Made by a program: the position numbers and the translations under genes
The notes under the pieces: generated by a model
What the model saw: the letters and a program-made list of their open reading frames with translations, nothing else
Databases searched by the model: none
Told to the model about the DNA's origin: nothing
NCBI GenBank assembly: GCA_038143065.1
Contig: JAYQLI010000033.1
Span: 1 to 64,000, forward strand
Direction: 5' to 3'
Source of the DNA: Rhodospirillales bacterium
GTDB lineage: Bacteria > Pseudomonadota > Alphaproteobacteria > Bin95
DNA: 64,000 bases
Part shown: one piece after another, positions 33,164 to 43,491 of the stretch
How positions within the stretch are numbered: position 1 is the stretch's first letter
Layout: each line of letters begins with the position of its first letter

Positions 33164-33221
33164 GATGTTGACGCAACACCAGCGGTTCTGTGAAGGGAGC
33201 GGCTAAGTAACGGAGACCACG

Positions 33222-34040
33222 GTGGCTGAATTTGATCAAGACCACGCAAATGTGGATGTGAAAGATGCTGACGGGGCCACCGCTCAAACTGCAGTAACGA
33301 CGCTTTTTGTGATGATCAAGTCGTTACCTAGGATCGCGCACGGGCGCGATCTTCGGCTTCGCGAGGGTGATATCATTGTTGCCATTGATGGCGCACTAAA
33401 TGAACTCGACATTGACGCTTTTCGCGGACTTTGTGAGCAAGCTAAAGAAGATGCGGAGCCGTTACTGCTAACGATTTGTCGTGGTGATGTCATTTATGAT
33501 GTTCTGATCGAAGGCAGGCTTGGCGCTGAGTTGGAATATGCTAATGCTGAGGCGTCAGTTGCCGCGCAAACATTGTTGTCCAAACATCATATTGGGCCAA
33601 AGGATCATTATCGGAATTATGAGGCGTTGCGCGACATTCGCCGCCATGTGGTTCTTTATGATACCGCTTATTCTGCGATCGCCACTTTAGCGCCGCCAAT
33701 TTGGCTATTACAGCATCGTGCATGGGAACCGATGGCGGCAGTTATTGCCGCCTATGCGACCTCTGCAGTCGTGCATTGGGGCGTCTTTGTTGCAACAGCA
33801 ATTCTAATGGCGATCTATTTTCACCGCATTCAATTCCGTCTGATAAGAAACTATAGCCTGTTTACGGAACATTATTTTTGGCATGTATGCGCAGCTAGAT
33901 CCGCCGCTGAGGCACAACTGGTTTGCCGCCAGCTGGATCCCTACTGCTATTTTGACTTTAGTCATGTTGGGCCACCCGCCGTGGCTAAAAATGAGCAGCA
34001 CCCGCGAAAAAAGAAACAAAATGCCGCTGAGCCAGCATGA
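33222..34040 (+). CDS. PDZ-like plus DUF2628-like membrane protein
   Basis: LRLREGDIIVAIDG (PDZ-like), then APPIWLLQHRAW and TM helices. Confidence 0.55.
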   Translation: MAEFDQDHANVDVKDADGATAQTAVTTLFVMIKSLPRIAHGRDLRLREGDIIVAIDGALNELDIDAFRGLCEQAKEDAEPLLLTICRGDVIYDVLIEGRLGAELEYANAEASVAAQTLLSKHHIGPKDHYRNYEALRDIRRHVVLYDTAYSAIATLAPPIWLLQHRAWEPMAAVIAAYATSAVVHWGVFVATAILMAIYFHRIQFRLIRNYSLFTEHYFWHVCAARSAAEAQLVCRQLDPYCYFDFSHVGPPAVAKNEQHPRKKKQNAAEPA

Positions 34041-34384
34041 AGTTTTTACCAGGTTGTAAAAAGTCACTTATATAACAAATACACGCGGACGAAGCTGATA
34101 TAATGTGTTTTAGAGTCGTGTCCGTTTCATTTAGCCTCTTTTGAGTCGCATCTCTTTTCGTCACGAAGCGGGTATGCTGCTGCCAAGTAAAGGGTACCAG
34201 CCCCAGCTGGATTAGGTCTGACAAGAGTTTTGTTATCATTTCAACAAAAACTCACGGCTGCGGCTATTTTGATTGGGCGTGCCACGTACCAATGATACCC
34301 TCCCGCCTTGCTTTTTGCTCAAGATAGATAGTCATTGTAACCGCCTAAATTTTTGGGGTTTTAGAAACGCAGTCAGGCAAGGGC

Positions 34385-35528
34385 TTAGTAGTTAATTTCG
34401 ATCTCAATACGACGGTTCTTCGCGCGGCCTTCTGCGGTGTCGTTAGGCTCGACCGGACGTGACTCGCCGTAACTGATGGCCTCGAGCCGCTCTTCTGAAA
34501 TTGTACCGTTAGCGGCAAATGCCTGTACAACACTGGCTGAGCGTGCAGCTGCAAGATCCCAGTTATCACGATAGTTTGATCCAAAAATCAGGGGCACATC
34601 GTCAGTATGGCCCGAAACTTTAATCTCGCTATTACCGGCGGCATTTACCTCCGCAATGCGGTTCATAATCTCGATCGCTTCAGGTGTGAGGTTGGCTGAT
34701 CCAGACGCAAAAGCACCACCAGCTCCAACGGTGATGATCACCTTATCATCTTCACGCTGGACATCGACAAGCCCCTGACCAATCTCCTGCCGCAAGGCGA
34801 CTTTTAATTCATCCTCGGCAATTTGTGCCTTTTTGTTGGCCTCAGCTTTGGCCTCAGCCGCTTCTTTGGTGCTTTTGGCTGCGGCGCTAGCGGTGGCTGC
34901 AAGTTGGGCCAATTGACCCTCGATGCCGCCAAACAACACATCCTGCTCTGACTTGCCAGTTGCAGATTTGGCCTTTTCAATAGCGTTCAGGGTTTCTTGC
35001 AATAGTTGTGGCAGATCTTTTTGTTCAGCCTCGGTTGGCGTGAAATTCACCACAACATTCTCGCCAAGCGTTTCGACCGTAATATCCCCGCGCGAAACGG
35101 CCTCTTGCAGTGCCTTTACCAGATCATCGGCATCGCTTTGCTTTTCTCCATTGCCGTCGCTGTCTTTGGTTTTGGTCTGGGACTCAAGCTCAGGCTTGGT
35201 TGTTTCGGTTGTTTGCTGGGTCATCTCATCGGTGACAGATTTTGCCGGTGAGGGGCTGAAATTCAATGAGAGAACAGTTGTGCCTTTCGGCTGTTCTACA
35301 ATCGGAACAATCTTCTGCACACCAAAGGCGTTTTTCAATGAACCTGAAATCTGCTTGAATTTTGGTACATTAAATTCGGCAAATGACAAGATCAGAACGA
35401 AAAAGGCCATCAACAAGGTCGCCATATCGGCAAAGGTAGCCATCCATGCTGGCGCGCCGACTGGCGGGCATTTAGGACATTCCTCTTCCTGTTCTTCGAT
35501 GACTTCGTTTTCGTCTTGCTTCAGCCAT
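34385..35528 (-). CDS. motB: Stator B subunit (MotB/PomB-like)
   Basis: CPKCPPVGAPAWMATFAD TM region; OmpA-like GHTD..NWDLAAARS..NRRIEI. Confidence 0.95.
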
Positions 35529-35579
35529 TGTTCTACCCTTGTGCAGAAATAATCATGTTTGTTTAATCTGGCTTTGCCG

Positions 35580-36342
35580 TTAGGCGGCCTCGAGTTTTGC
35601 TTGCATCTTAGGTGGAAGATTGGCGACCATCTGGTCTTGAATGTTGCGTGGTGACTCGCCGCGAGCAATGTTACGCAAACCGATTACGACAAGATCACGA
35701 TAAATCAGTTCATAAGCTGTGTAACCCTCGAGTTTTACTAGCATTGGCATAAACAACACATTGGCAATGAACGCCCCATAAAGCGTGGTTAACAAAGCCA
35801 CCGCCATCGCCGGGCCAATCGCTTTTGGATCGGCCATGTTGCCAAGCATTAATACGAGACCAATCAATGTTCCAATCATGCCCATTGCCGGCCCAATATC
35901 AATCCAGCCCTTGACGACGCCCTGATTTGCCTCATGCCGGCTTTTCATCGCCTTTATTTCCTGATTTAAGCTGGGTAACAATTTTCCTTCATCGGCGCCA
36001 TCAACAAGCATCTGCAGTCCTTTTTGAAAAAATTTATCTGGCACATCTTGGCCTTCAAGAGCCATCATGCCATCTTTTCGAGCAATTGCTGCGAGCTCGG
36101 ACATTCTTTCGACAATTGGTCCATTTTTTTGATAGGTGGAAGAAAGGCTTTTGCCATCACAGCAAAACTTCCAAGAAAATGTTGGCAATGGTGCGGTGTA
36201 CATAACGGCAAAGAAGGTTCCACCAAATAACAATAAGGAGAGATGGAACATCAATGAACGGACCAACTGCCGCCCCTGATATCATTGCACCCAAAATCAT
36301 GCCAACAGCGCCGATGAGTCCGATAATAGATGCTATATCCAT
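35580..36342 (-). CDS. motA: Stator A subunit (MotA/PomA-like); frameshifted
   Basis: PAMGMIGTLIGLV..IGPAMAVALLTTLYG. Confidence 0.95.
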
Positions 36343-36393
36343 TGTAAAACCGCTCTTTTCCTGACTTTGCTCTTAAATCTGACCGTTCAACTA

Positions 36394-36409
36394 AGCAAAA
36401 ACGATACCA
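36394..36409 (-). promoter_or_regulatory. Sigma-54 promoter of motAB
   Basis: TGGTAT-CGTTT-TTGCT on the minus strand. Confidence 0.75.
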
Positions 36410-36482
36410 ATGCAACTATGCGATTATGATTTTTACAGGAAAAACAAAAAATATTAGAATCTGGATATATTTAAATCTGATT

Positions 36483-36498
36483 TGGCGCAAGATATGCT
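36483..36498 (+). promoter_or_regulatory. Sigma-54 promoter of the DUF1566 gene
   Basis: TGGCGC-AAGAT-ATGCT. Confidence 0.65.
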
Positions 36499-36533
36499 TA
36501 TTCTTGGCTTTAATTAAAGACATGCATTAATTT

Positions 36534-37127
36534 TTGACCGGGGAGATCAGAATGCGGCAGATGCAGTTTTTTGCGTTTTTCCCAGCGATGACGCGCCGGT
36601 TTTTCATGGCTGGGTTAGCGCTGATTGTCGCTGAAGCTAGTCCGGTTGCGGCTCAGGATCTGATGCCTGCAAGCGCTGCCCTAACAGATCCAGCGAAACA
36701 AGTGATCGTGAAATCAGGCAACTTCATGGTTCGAGATCATCTTGTGATTGATCTTCGAAACGGTGTTGAATGGATGCGCTGTTCTGTTGGCCAGGTTTGG
36801 AACGGCAGTGCAACTGCGAGGGGAGAGGCCTTGCAGCTAACACAAGAAGATGCCGCCAAAGCTATCATCATTGCAAATGAGCAGCTGGGTCCGGGCTGGC
36901 GATTGCCTAGTCGTGCCGAGCTGGAAACGCTGGTATGCAGTGAATGTGCGCCGGTAAAAATCGAGCTTGATAGCTTTCCTGACACGCTGGCTGAGCCTTA
37001 TTGGACTGGCGAGATTAATGGATTTGCCCCGCGTCATATCTGGACAGTTAATTTTATGACCGGTCACACATATGGGCGGTTCTTCCCAACCCAAGAAGTT
37101 CTCGTTCGGCTGGTTCGCGATCGTTAG
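36534..37127 (+). CDS. Exported DUF1566 (Lcl C-terminal-like) protein
   Basis: Signal-peptide-like N-terminus; VIDLRNGVEWMRCSVGQ, WRLPSRAEL, YWT, VRLVR. Confidence 0.85.
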   Translation: MTGEIRMRQMQFFAFFPAMTRRFFMAGLALIVAEASPVAAQDLMPASAALTDPAKQVIVKSGNFMVRDHLVIDLRNGVEWMRCSVGQVWNGSATARGEALQLTQEDAAKAIIIANEQLGPGWRLPSRAELETLVCSECAPVKIELDSFPDTLAEPYWTGEINGFAPRHIWTVNFMTGHTYGRFFPTQEVLVRLVRDR

Positions 37128-37357
37128 ATAATTTTGTTAAATAGTTTCCAGCTGATCAGCTTGACCAGAAAGCCAAAAACCCCAAGGGCGATAATTGCGG
37201 TTGCAAACCAGGTTGGGGTCAGAAAATTAATGACCTCCAGCTTCTTACCGCCAACCAATGCTAAGATGACCAGCATGAATGTAAACATCACAAATGAGCG
37301 AATGATCCGGCAGCGATGGCATGGGCCTGATTTCACATCGGTTCGCGTTGACAGCAT
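37124..37357 (-). CDS. Small two-TM protein with CHRC motif
   Basis: 77-aa ORF, CxxC followed by two hydrophobic helices; has its own sigma-54-like promoter. Confidence 0.6.
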   Translation of the reverse strand: MLSTRTDVKSGPCHRCRIIRSFVMFTFMLVILALVGGKKLEVINFLTPTWFATAIIALGVFGFLVKLISWKLFNKII

Positions 37358-37476
37358 AAAAACCTGATCTTTTCTATAACGTGCGAAAATACAACATCAT
37401 CATATGAGTAGTTTTTCGAATGATCAATTGCGTTTTAAGTTAGTTTTTGCCTGTCTGAATTCTGACATGGTGAAAA

Positions 37477-37492
37477 AGCAATAAACTTGCCA
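37477..37492 (-). promoter_or_regulatory. Sigma-54 promoter of the CHRC membrane-protein gene
   Basis: TGGCAA-GTTTA-TTGCT on the minus strand. Confidence 0.65.
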
Positions 37493-37612
37493 AAAACCTA
37501 ATTCATTGAAAATATTATATATATTTGTCGCATTCTTGACGAATATTCTCGTCAAATAGATATTTTGCAAATTGCGTGCCGTAACCTCAAAGTTTTTTAG
37601 GAGGACGGGATT

Positions 37613-39105
37613 ATGCAACTATCTCAGTCAGTAAAACTAAAGCAAAAACAGTCGCTGGTGATGACACCGCAGCTGCAGCAAGCAATCAAATTGCTGCAAT
37701 TATCCAATTTGGAACTCAGTCAACATCTGCAAGAGCAGGTTGACGAGAACCCATTTTTGGAGCTTGGTAATAATGAAATTTCTGCTCAAACACCATCTGA
37801 TGCCCTTGCTGATTCTGAAAAAGCTACTGCGTGTGGAGGCTGTTGACCATACCGATCTCACGGAGATGAAGGCAAGTGCCGCACTTCGAGAGGACCCGAC
37901 CGAACATAGTGATTTTGAAAACAGGTTTGACCAATCAATTGTTGACGCGCCACGCAGTGGTAATTCAAACGCGCCGTTTGAGGGGGACTTTGACGCAATC
38001 AGCAATGTATCGTCAAAGGAAGGGTTCTATCCAGGGCTTTTCCGCCAGTTAAATCTTGCGATAGACGATCCTAAGCAGCGCTTGATTGCCGGTCATTTTG
38101 TAAATGCGCTGGAGCCAAGTGGCTGGATTGGGATGCTGGTTCAAGATGTGGCTGATGCCAGCGGTTGCAACCTTGACGAGGCCGAGGACGTCTTGGCTAT
38201 TTTGCAGACCTTTGAGCCAACCGGGCTTTTTGCGCGCAATCTTGAGGATTGTTTGCGTCTGCAACTAATCGAGAAGGGCGCGATGACCGATGCATTTTCA
38301 ACCTTGTTAGAAAATCTGGACCTGCTGGGTCGCGGTGAGGTGAAACGCCTTGCAAGGCTTATCAAAGGGACGACAGATGATGTCATGGATATGCTGGCAA
38401 TTATCCGAACATTAAACCCAAAGCCTGGCGAATTTTTAGGAATTGACCATCTTGAGATGCCAAGCCCAGACGTCATTGTAAAGCGACGCTCAGACGGCTG
38501 GGCGGTTGAGCTGAACCGGTCAACCTTGCCAGCGATCGTGATTAATGAGGATTACGCCAACCTGGTTGCAACAAAAAAGATGGATGAGCAGGCGCAAAAC
38601 TATTCGGCAACCGCCCTGAATAATGCCCGGTGGCTAAAGCGTGCGGTTGAACAGCGCAATTCAACGACCTTAAAAATCAGCGCTGAAATTATTCGTCAGC
38701 AAACTGATTTTTTTGGAAAAGGGGCTGGATTATCTAAAGCCGTTATCATTGCGTGATGTGGCGCAGGCGGTCGGTATGCATGAAAGCACTGTCAGCCGTG
38801 TTACCACCGGCTTACTAATTGCAACGCCGCGCGGAGGAATGCCTCTTAAATCGTTCTTTAGTGTTAATATTGCATCGCGTGCGCCGTCAGGTGATGCGTC
38901 GGCAGCGGCGGTTCGTAATATGGTAAAGCGACTTGATTATGCAGGAGACGCCGGGCAAGCCGTTAAGTGATGAAGCAATTTGCAAAATGATCGCTGGAGA
39001 GGGATTGATCTTGCCCGCCGGACAGTCGCTAAATACCGCGAAATGATGAATATTCCGTCATCGTCACAACGCCGGATGCAGGCACGTCTTGCAAATATTC
39101 GGTAG
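37613..39105 (+). CDS. rpoN: RNA polymerase sigma-54; frameshifted
   Basis: [23 protein letters not shown], RpoN box [10 protein letters not shown]. Confidence 0.95.
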
Positions 39106-39207
39106 AGATTTACTTAGCGCTTTTATTTGACGCTCCCTGTGCTTGACCGTTAGCCGGATTTTGGGTGCCGGTCTTGTCAAAGTGGGCGCAGGTCAGAAGT
39201 GTGCGGG

Positions 39208-39438
39208 CTATTTTGTTGCGTGCGCCGCAACTAATGAACGTGTGATCAGATATTCTTCACTGGTTAGTGGCTGGTCACTGATAAATTTACCAAGAGGAAC
39301 GATATGCTGGCTTTCCGGCTTGTCGTCCTGATCGAAATGAACAAACTCGATGCCAAGGTCTTTTGCGTCATGGCGTGTTTTCTTGGCAAAGGCCAACTCG
39401 GCTTCAGCAGTAAAAACTGGTTTTGTCTGGCGGCTCAT
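39208..39438 (-). CDS. Hypothetical 76-aa protein
   Basis: Strong GAGGAG RBS; sigma-54 motif about 65 bp upstream. Confidence 0.6.
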   Translation of the reverse strand: MSRQTKPVFTAEAELAFAKKTRHDAKDLGIEFVHFDQDDKPESQHIVPLGKFISDQPLTSEEYLITRSLVAAHATK

Positions 39439-39501
39439 CCGGTTCTCCTCTTAGGTATTGCCAACACTATCTTTTGACAGTGCGTGCTGTTTCTATGGTA
39501 A

Positions 39502-39535
39502 TGCATTTCGCATGCCATTTGGCGCAAGAGATGCA
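39502..39535. promoter_or_regulatory. Back-to-back sigma-54-like motifs forming an imperfect inverted repeat
   Basis: TGGCAT-GCGAA-ATGCA (minus, 39502-39517) and TGGCGC-AAGAG-ATGCA (plus, 39520-39535). Confidence 0.5.
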
Positions 39536-39568
39536 TCTAAAGAATTGGGAATAGGGTCTTGGTGGCGG

Positions 39569-41429
39569 CTATTCAATAAGGCTGGTTTGCCGTAACTCAC
39601 CTGCAACGCTGATCTGCCGTCCGACATTCATAAACTTAACCGGATCGATGGATTTGTTGTTGATCCGAATTTCATAATGTAGATGAGCGCCCGCTGATTT
39701 GCCAGTATTGCCCATTTTGCCAATGATATGATTTTCGCCAATATAATCGCCGCGTTTGACAGTGATGCGGGCGAGATGCGCATATGTGGTAATCACGCCA
39801 AAATCATGCTCTATCCTCACGACCTTGCCGAACGAGCCTTCAGTGCCAGCATAGATTACTGTTCCCGGGGCGGCGGCGCGCACATTTTCCTGCCATGTGC
39901 CAGCCAAATCAACACCGTGATGGAATGTTACCTTGCTAGTCTTCGGATGTTTACGATTTCCGTAATCACTTGAAATGTAGAAATACAGCATTGGGGGTTT
40001 GAATGGTATTTTCCGCAATACTCCCCGATGTTCGGCAAGGTTGATCATCACATCCTTTAGAGTTGGATCGTTGGCACTGTCATCTAGTGGGAGTGGTTCC
40101 GGCAGGGCCTCAGTGGCAATGCCAAGGCCGGTCACAGTCGCGCGGATGTAATCAATCTCTTGTTTTAGCGATAACAGCATTTTTCTGGTGCGGGTCGCAT
40201 CGGTCACAAGTGGTATTACTGGTCCTTGCTGGTTGGCGAAAAATCCTGATTGCAGTCCATCATCTTGAGGGTATTGCGGTACTGCGGTCACTGTATTGGC
40301 CTTTTCTGCAGGCGGCAAAGGCTGGGTCAAACCATCTGAAAAGTCACGTGACATGTGGCGGTCATGGATAGCCTCATCACTTTTACCATCGTCCAAAGCG
40401 CCGTTGTTTTCAATTTGTCACAGGCTCAGTTTTTTTAGGCTTACTTGTGAAATTTGGTAAAAGCGCTATCGCAATTTCCTGTGCGCGTGCAGATAAGCTG
40501 TTTTCAAGTATAGGCGAAGGGCGCGCAACATTCATCATCGTTGGCGCGTCAGGTTCTCCTGGGCTAACCAATTGTGACAGGTTAGAAGCTGACGCCAGCT
40601 CTGTGTAGGGCGCGGTATTCACAACTGCCTCTGCATTTTCCTCAGCCTCATTCATATTTTGAAGAGGGACTTCAGGAGTGGGCAGCGCTTTTATATCAGC
40701 CATCATGCCAATCGCTGCCTCGCTCTCAACGGTAATCCGTTTGCCGCCTTGAATAATCATTGGCATGTTGTCAGATACCGATTGCGACGAAGAGGATGTA
40801 ATTTTTTGGTTCTTTGGAACCGTATTGATTTGCGGGGTTTGAGGAGTAAGTAGATCAGGCTTGGCCATGATCCGGCCGACAATAGGTCGCGCTGGCTGCG
40901 CTATTTTTCCTTCAATTCCAGTTAGGTACATTCCATCTAGTTCCACAGATCGGTAATCGCTCCACTGTTTGACATCAGCTTGAGGCGTTCTGTCTTGAGC
41001 GATAACTGGCTGAGGTATGTTAGCAAACTTGGGTTTTGAGGTGGTTTTCAGTTTGCTGGTGGCTGGGGCGTCAGTTGAGTTAATGCTTGCTTCCGTGGTT
41101 TTGATGGTTTCTTCTCGCCCAACCTTAGTGAAGCTATAGCTCCCGATCAGGTTTGAATAGAAAATTGTGGCAATGCCAGCCATGCGAACAAGAACACCTG
41201 TGAGCACGAATGATGGCTTTGACTTAACCCCGACAGGTCGATCGCAGGTAGAAACCAAGGGCCTGTTTTCATGCAAAACCGATTCTTTATCAGTAATAAT
41301 TGGTCCTATATCTGTCTGATTAACATGTTTCAGTTCAGGGCTAAAATTATCATAAAGGCGTGTTAGACCAATGGTGTTTGCAATTTTTATCTCACCTGAT
41401 CCGATCGCAGTCCTGCCCTTACTTGTCAT
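39569..41429 (-). CDS. Membrane-anchored M23 peptidase (~620 aa; two track ORFs joined)
   Basis: HHGVD and HLH zinc motifs; removing one A near 40412 fuses the ORFs (..PVTIENNGALDDG..); one TM-like segment near residue 80. Confidence 0.8.
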
Positions 41430-41436
41430 GCCACTC

Positions 41437-41817
41437 TTATCCCAGTTTTATCCAAGCCATTAATATCAGCAAGATGTTGGTAATCAACTGAATGCCAATC
41501 ACCACCAAAAGCAGTTTGTTAGTTGTTTGATTACGAATATTCAATTGGAAAGCTGGCATGTTCAAGTTGTTTTCCAGACTTTTGTGTGTGTCTGATAAAG
41601 AGCCGGAAATTGGCTTCGGCAAAGCTGTTCCCAAGACTTCAGGTCTGTACTGGCTGGCGCTGGCCTCGGTTACTGGTTCCGTTGCAAGCGAAGTATCGCT
41701 ATTGTGGCCAGCGCTCTGGGGTGCATTTCCAACCCCACGATTAGCGACAATCGCTGCAGAAACTTCGTTTCGCATTTCTTCTATTCTTTTGCGAAGATCA
41801 ACAACGTCATCAGCCAT
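41437..41817 (-). CDS. Hypothetical protein with N-terminal coiled coil and C-terminal TM
   Basis: 126-aa ORF ending 7 bp before the M23 gene start. Confidence 0.7.
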   Translation of the reverse strand: MADDVVDLRKRIEEMRNEVSAAIVANRGVGNAPQSAGHNSDTSLATEPVTEASASQYRPEVLGTALPKPISGSLSDTHKSLENNLNMPAFQLNIRNQTTNKLLLVVIGIQLITNILLILMAWIKLG

Positions 41818-41887
41818 GGTTTTTTTATGATTGCATTAAAAATTTTATTAAATCGTCGTTTTATTAAGTATTGTTGTCTTCTCAATA

Positions 41888-41903
41888 AGCAAACGACATG
41901 CCA
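41888..41903 (-). promoter_or_regulatory. Sigma-54 promoter of the M23 operon
   Basis: TGGCAT-GTCGT-TTGCT on the minus strand. Confidence 0.75.
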
Positions 41904-42025
41904 TCGTTTGATGTTGAAAACACCCGAAACTAGATTTTAACGTAAATTTCCTTTTTGATGATACAAAAGACTTTACTAAAAAAATATGGTTTAAGACTTT
42001 TTCGAGAATCAAAGGTACAGAAAGT

Positions 42026-42226
42026 TTGCAAATATCCACTTTTATCAACCAAATAATATCGATTATGTCGCCAAATAGTCTGTTTGTGCGAGTCAACGGA
42101 TTGATGACCGAATATTGCCCGCTACTGATGACTGGCCAGATTGACGGAAATATCAAAGCTGAGATTTTTTATGTCACATAACCCGCGGTTGTTAATGGCG
42201 ATATAACGGCGGATAATTTGGCGTAA
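42026..42226 (+). pseudogene. Degenerate bactofilin remnant
   Basis: Single frame reads ..PLLMTGQIDGNIKAEIFYVT*PAVVNGDITADNLA*; in-frame TAA at 42179. Confidence 0.55.
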
Positions 42227-42251
42227 CTTTCAAATAAAGAGGCAAAAACAG

Positions 42252-42690
42252 TTGGATAAGCTGGGTAACAAGACAATTATTAGCTCTAGTGCGTCATTTA
42301 TTGGCAAGATTATCAATGCTGGTGTTATTGATGTTCACGGGAAGGTAAGTGCTGATTTGAGCACTGAAAAAATCACCATAAGTGAAACCGGTCAGTTCCG
42401 TGGTGCTATTCGAGCTGAATTAGTTGTTATTTCTGGGGATTATGATGGCCAAATGGAAGCTGGCAGTGTGTGGGCAACCTCAACTGCTCGTATTTCAGGA
42501 AAGTTGCAATACAAAAAATTGCAGATGTATCGTGGAGAAGCATTTGAATTGCCATGTATTGCACAATTGGGACACGAAGGCCGATGTTACGGATAAAAAT
42601 CAGGAAACCGGACCAGATAAATTCCTCCCTGGGATCGGGTCTGGGGCCAAGATCGCCAACAATAACTCATCTCGAAAGAAGGGTGCCTGA
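42252..42690 (+). CDS. Bactofilin (polymer-forming cytoskeletal protein); frameshift near the 3' end
   Basis: TIISSSASFIGKI..IDVHGKV..ISETGQFRGAIRAELVVISG..TARISG. Confidence 0.85.
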
Positions 42691-42693
42691 CGC

Positions 42694-43053
42694 ATGTTGA
42701 TCAGACCAAAGGAGCAAACGCCCACCCCTCAAGAGCATGCGACTTATATTCTTTTCGGATTGGTGATGGAAGGCTCACTCGATGGTGGTGAGTTTCCAGT
42801 TGTGATAGATGGCAGTTTTAAAGGGGACATAACCGCGAATGAGCTAACCATAAGCGAGCAGGGAAGTGTAACCGGTAAGATTAAAGCCAGCAGTGTCAAG
42901 ATTAACGGTAAATTTAGTGGTGAAATAATTTGTGAAAGTCTGACGGTTAGTGCAACTGGTAAGGTTGAGGGTGAGGTTCAGGCCGACGCGTTGTCAATTG
43001 ATCTTGGTGCTGAAGTGATTGGATCGATAAGCCGAGTTAATCGTGAACTCTGA
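42694..43053 (+). CDS. Bactofilin
   Basis: VVIDGSFKGDI..ISEQGSVTGKIKASSVKING..TGKVEGEV..LSIDLGA. Confidence 0.9.
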   Translation: MLIRPKEQTPTPQEHATYILFGLVMEGSLDGGEFPVVIDGSFKGDITANELTISEQGSVTGKIKASSVKINGKFSGEIICESLTVSATGKVEGEVQADALSIDLGAEVIGSISRVNREL

Positions 43054-43179
43054 TTGCTGATAACTTTTCTCAAGACCCGCTCTAAATCCTACTTTCAGAC
43101 CTGCTCCTACGATAAAATGCTCGCGGTCTTGGAGCTCTAGCAACTTATATTTTTGTCGTCAGGCGTAGGGCGCGTTTGC

Positions 43180-43488
43180 CTACGCATCCTCATCGAGCTG
43201 CTTCGAAATATCATCACACAGTTCAGCGGTAACAATGCATTCATTCATAAAAGCCATGGTCTCCGCTCGGCCCTGAAGCTGAAACATTCGCATTGCAGCA
43301 TAGCGCCCGGCGGCCATCGCAACTGTCAACGGCATATTCTCTGAGATGGCGAAAGTTTCCAACGCAGTCTCAATTGAATCCCGGATTTTCTCGACTTTGT
43401 GGATTTCTGTCTTAGACAAGCTCATCACATCATCACTGGTATTCGCTGTTTTACCCAGATACTGATTGAATTGGATAATCTCTGCCAT
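43180..43488 (-). CDS. Hypothetical protein
   Basis: 102-aa ORF directly downstream of the lipoprotein gene. Confidence 0.65.
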   Translation of the reverse strand: MAEIIQFNQYLGKTANTSDDVMSLSKTEIHKVEKIRDSIETALETFAISENMPLTVAMAAGRYAAMRMFQLQGRAETMAFMNECIVTAELCDDISKQLDEDA

Positions 43489-43491
43489 AGC

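Noticed and set aside
34107-34375. GTTTTAGA starts resembling type II CRISPR repeats
   Set aside because: Only 8 matching bases at two sites, no periodic array and no cas genes.
36534-37127. DUF1566 gene as a diversity-generating retroelement target
   Set aside because: No template repeat or reverse transcriptase is visible in the window.
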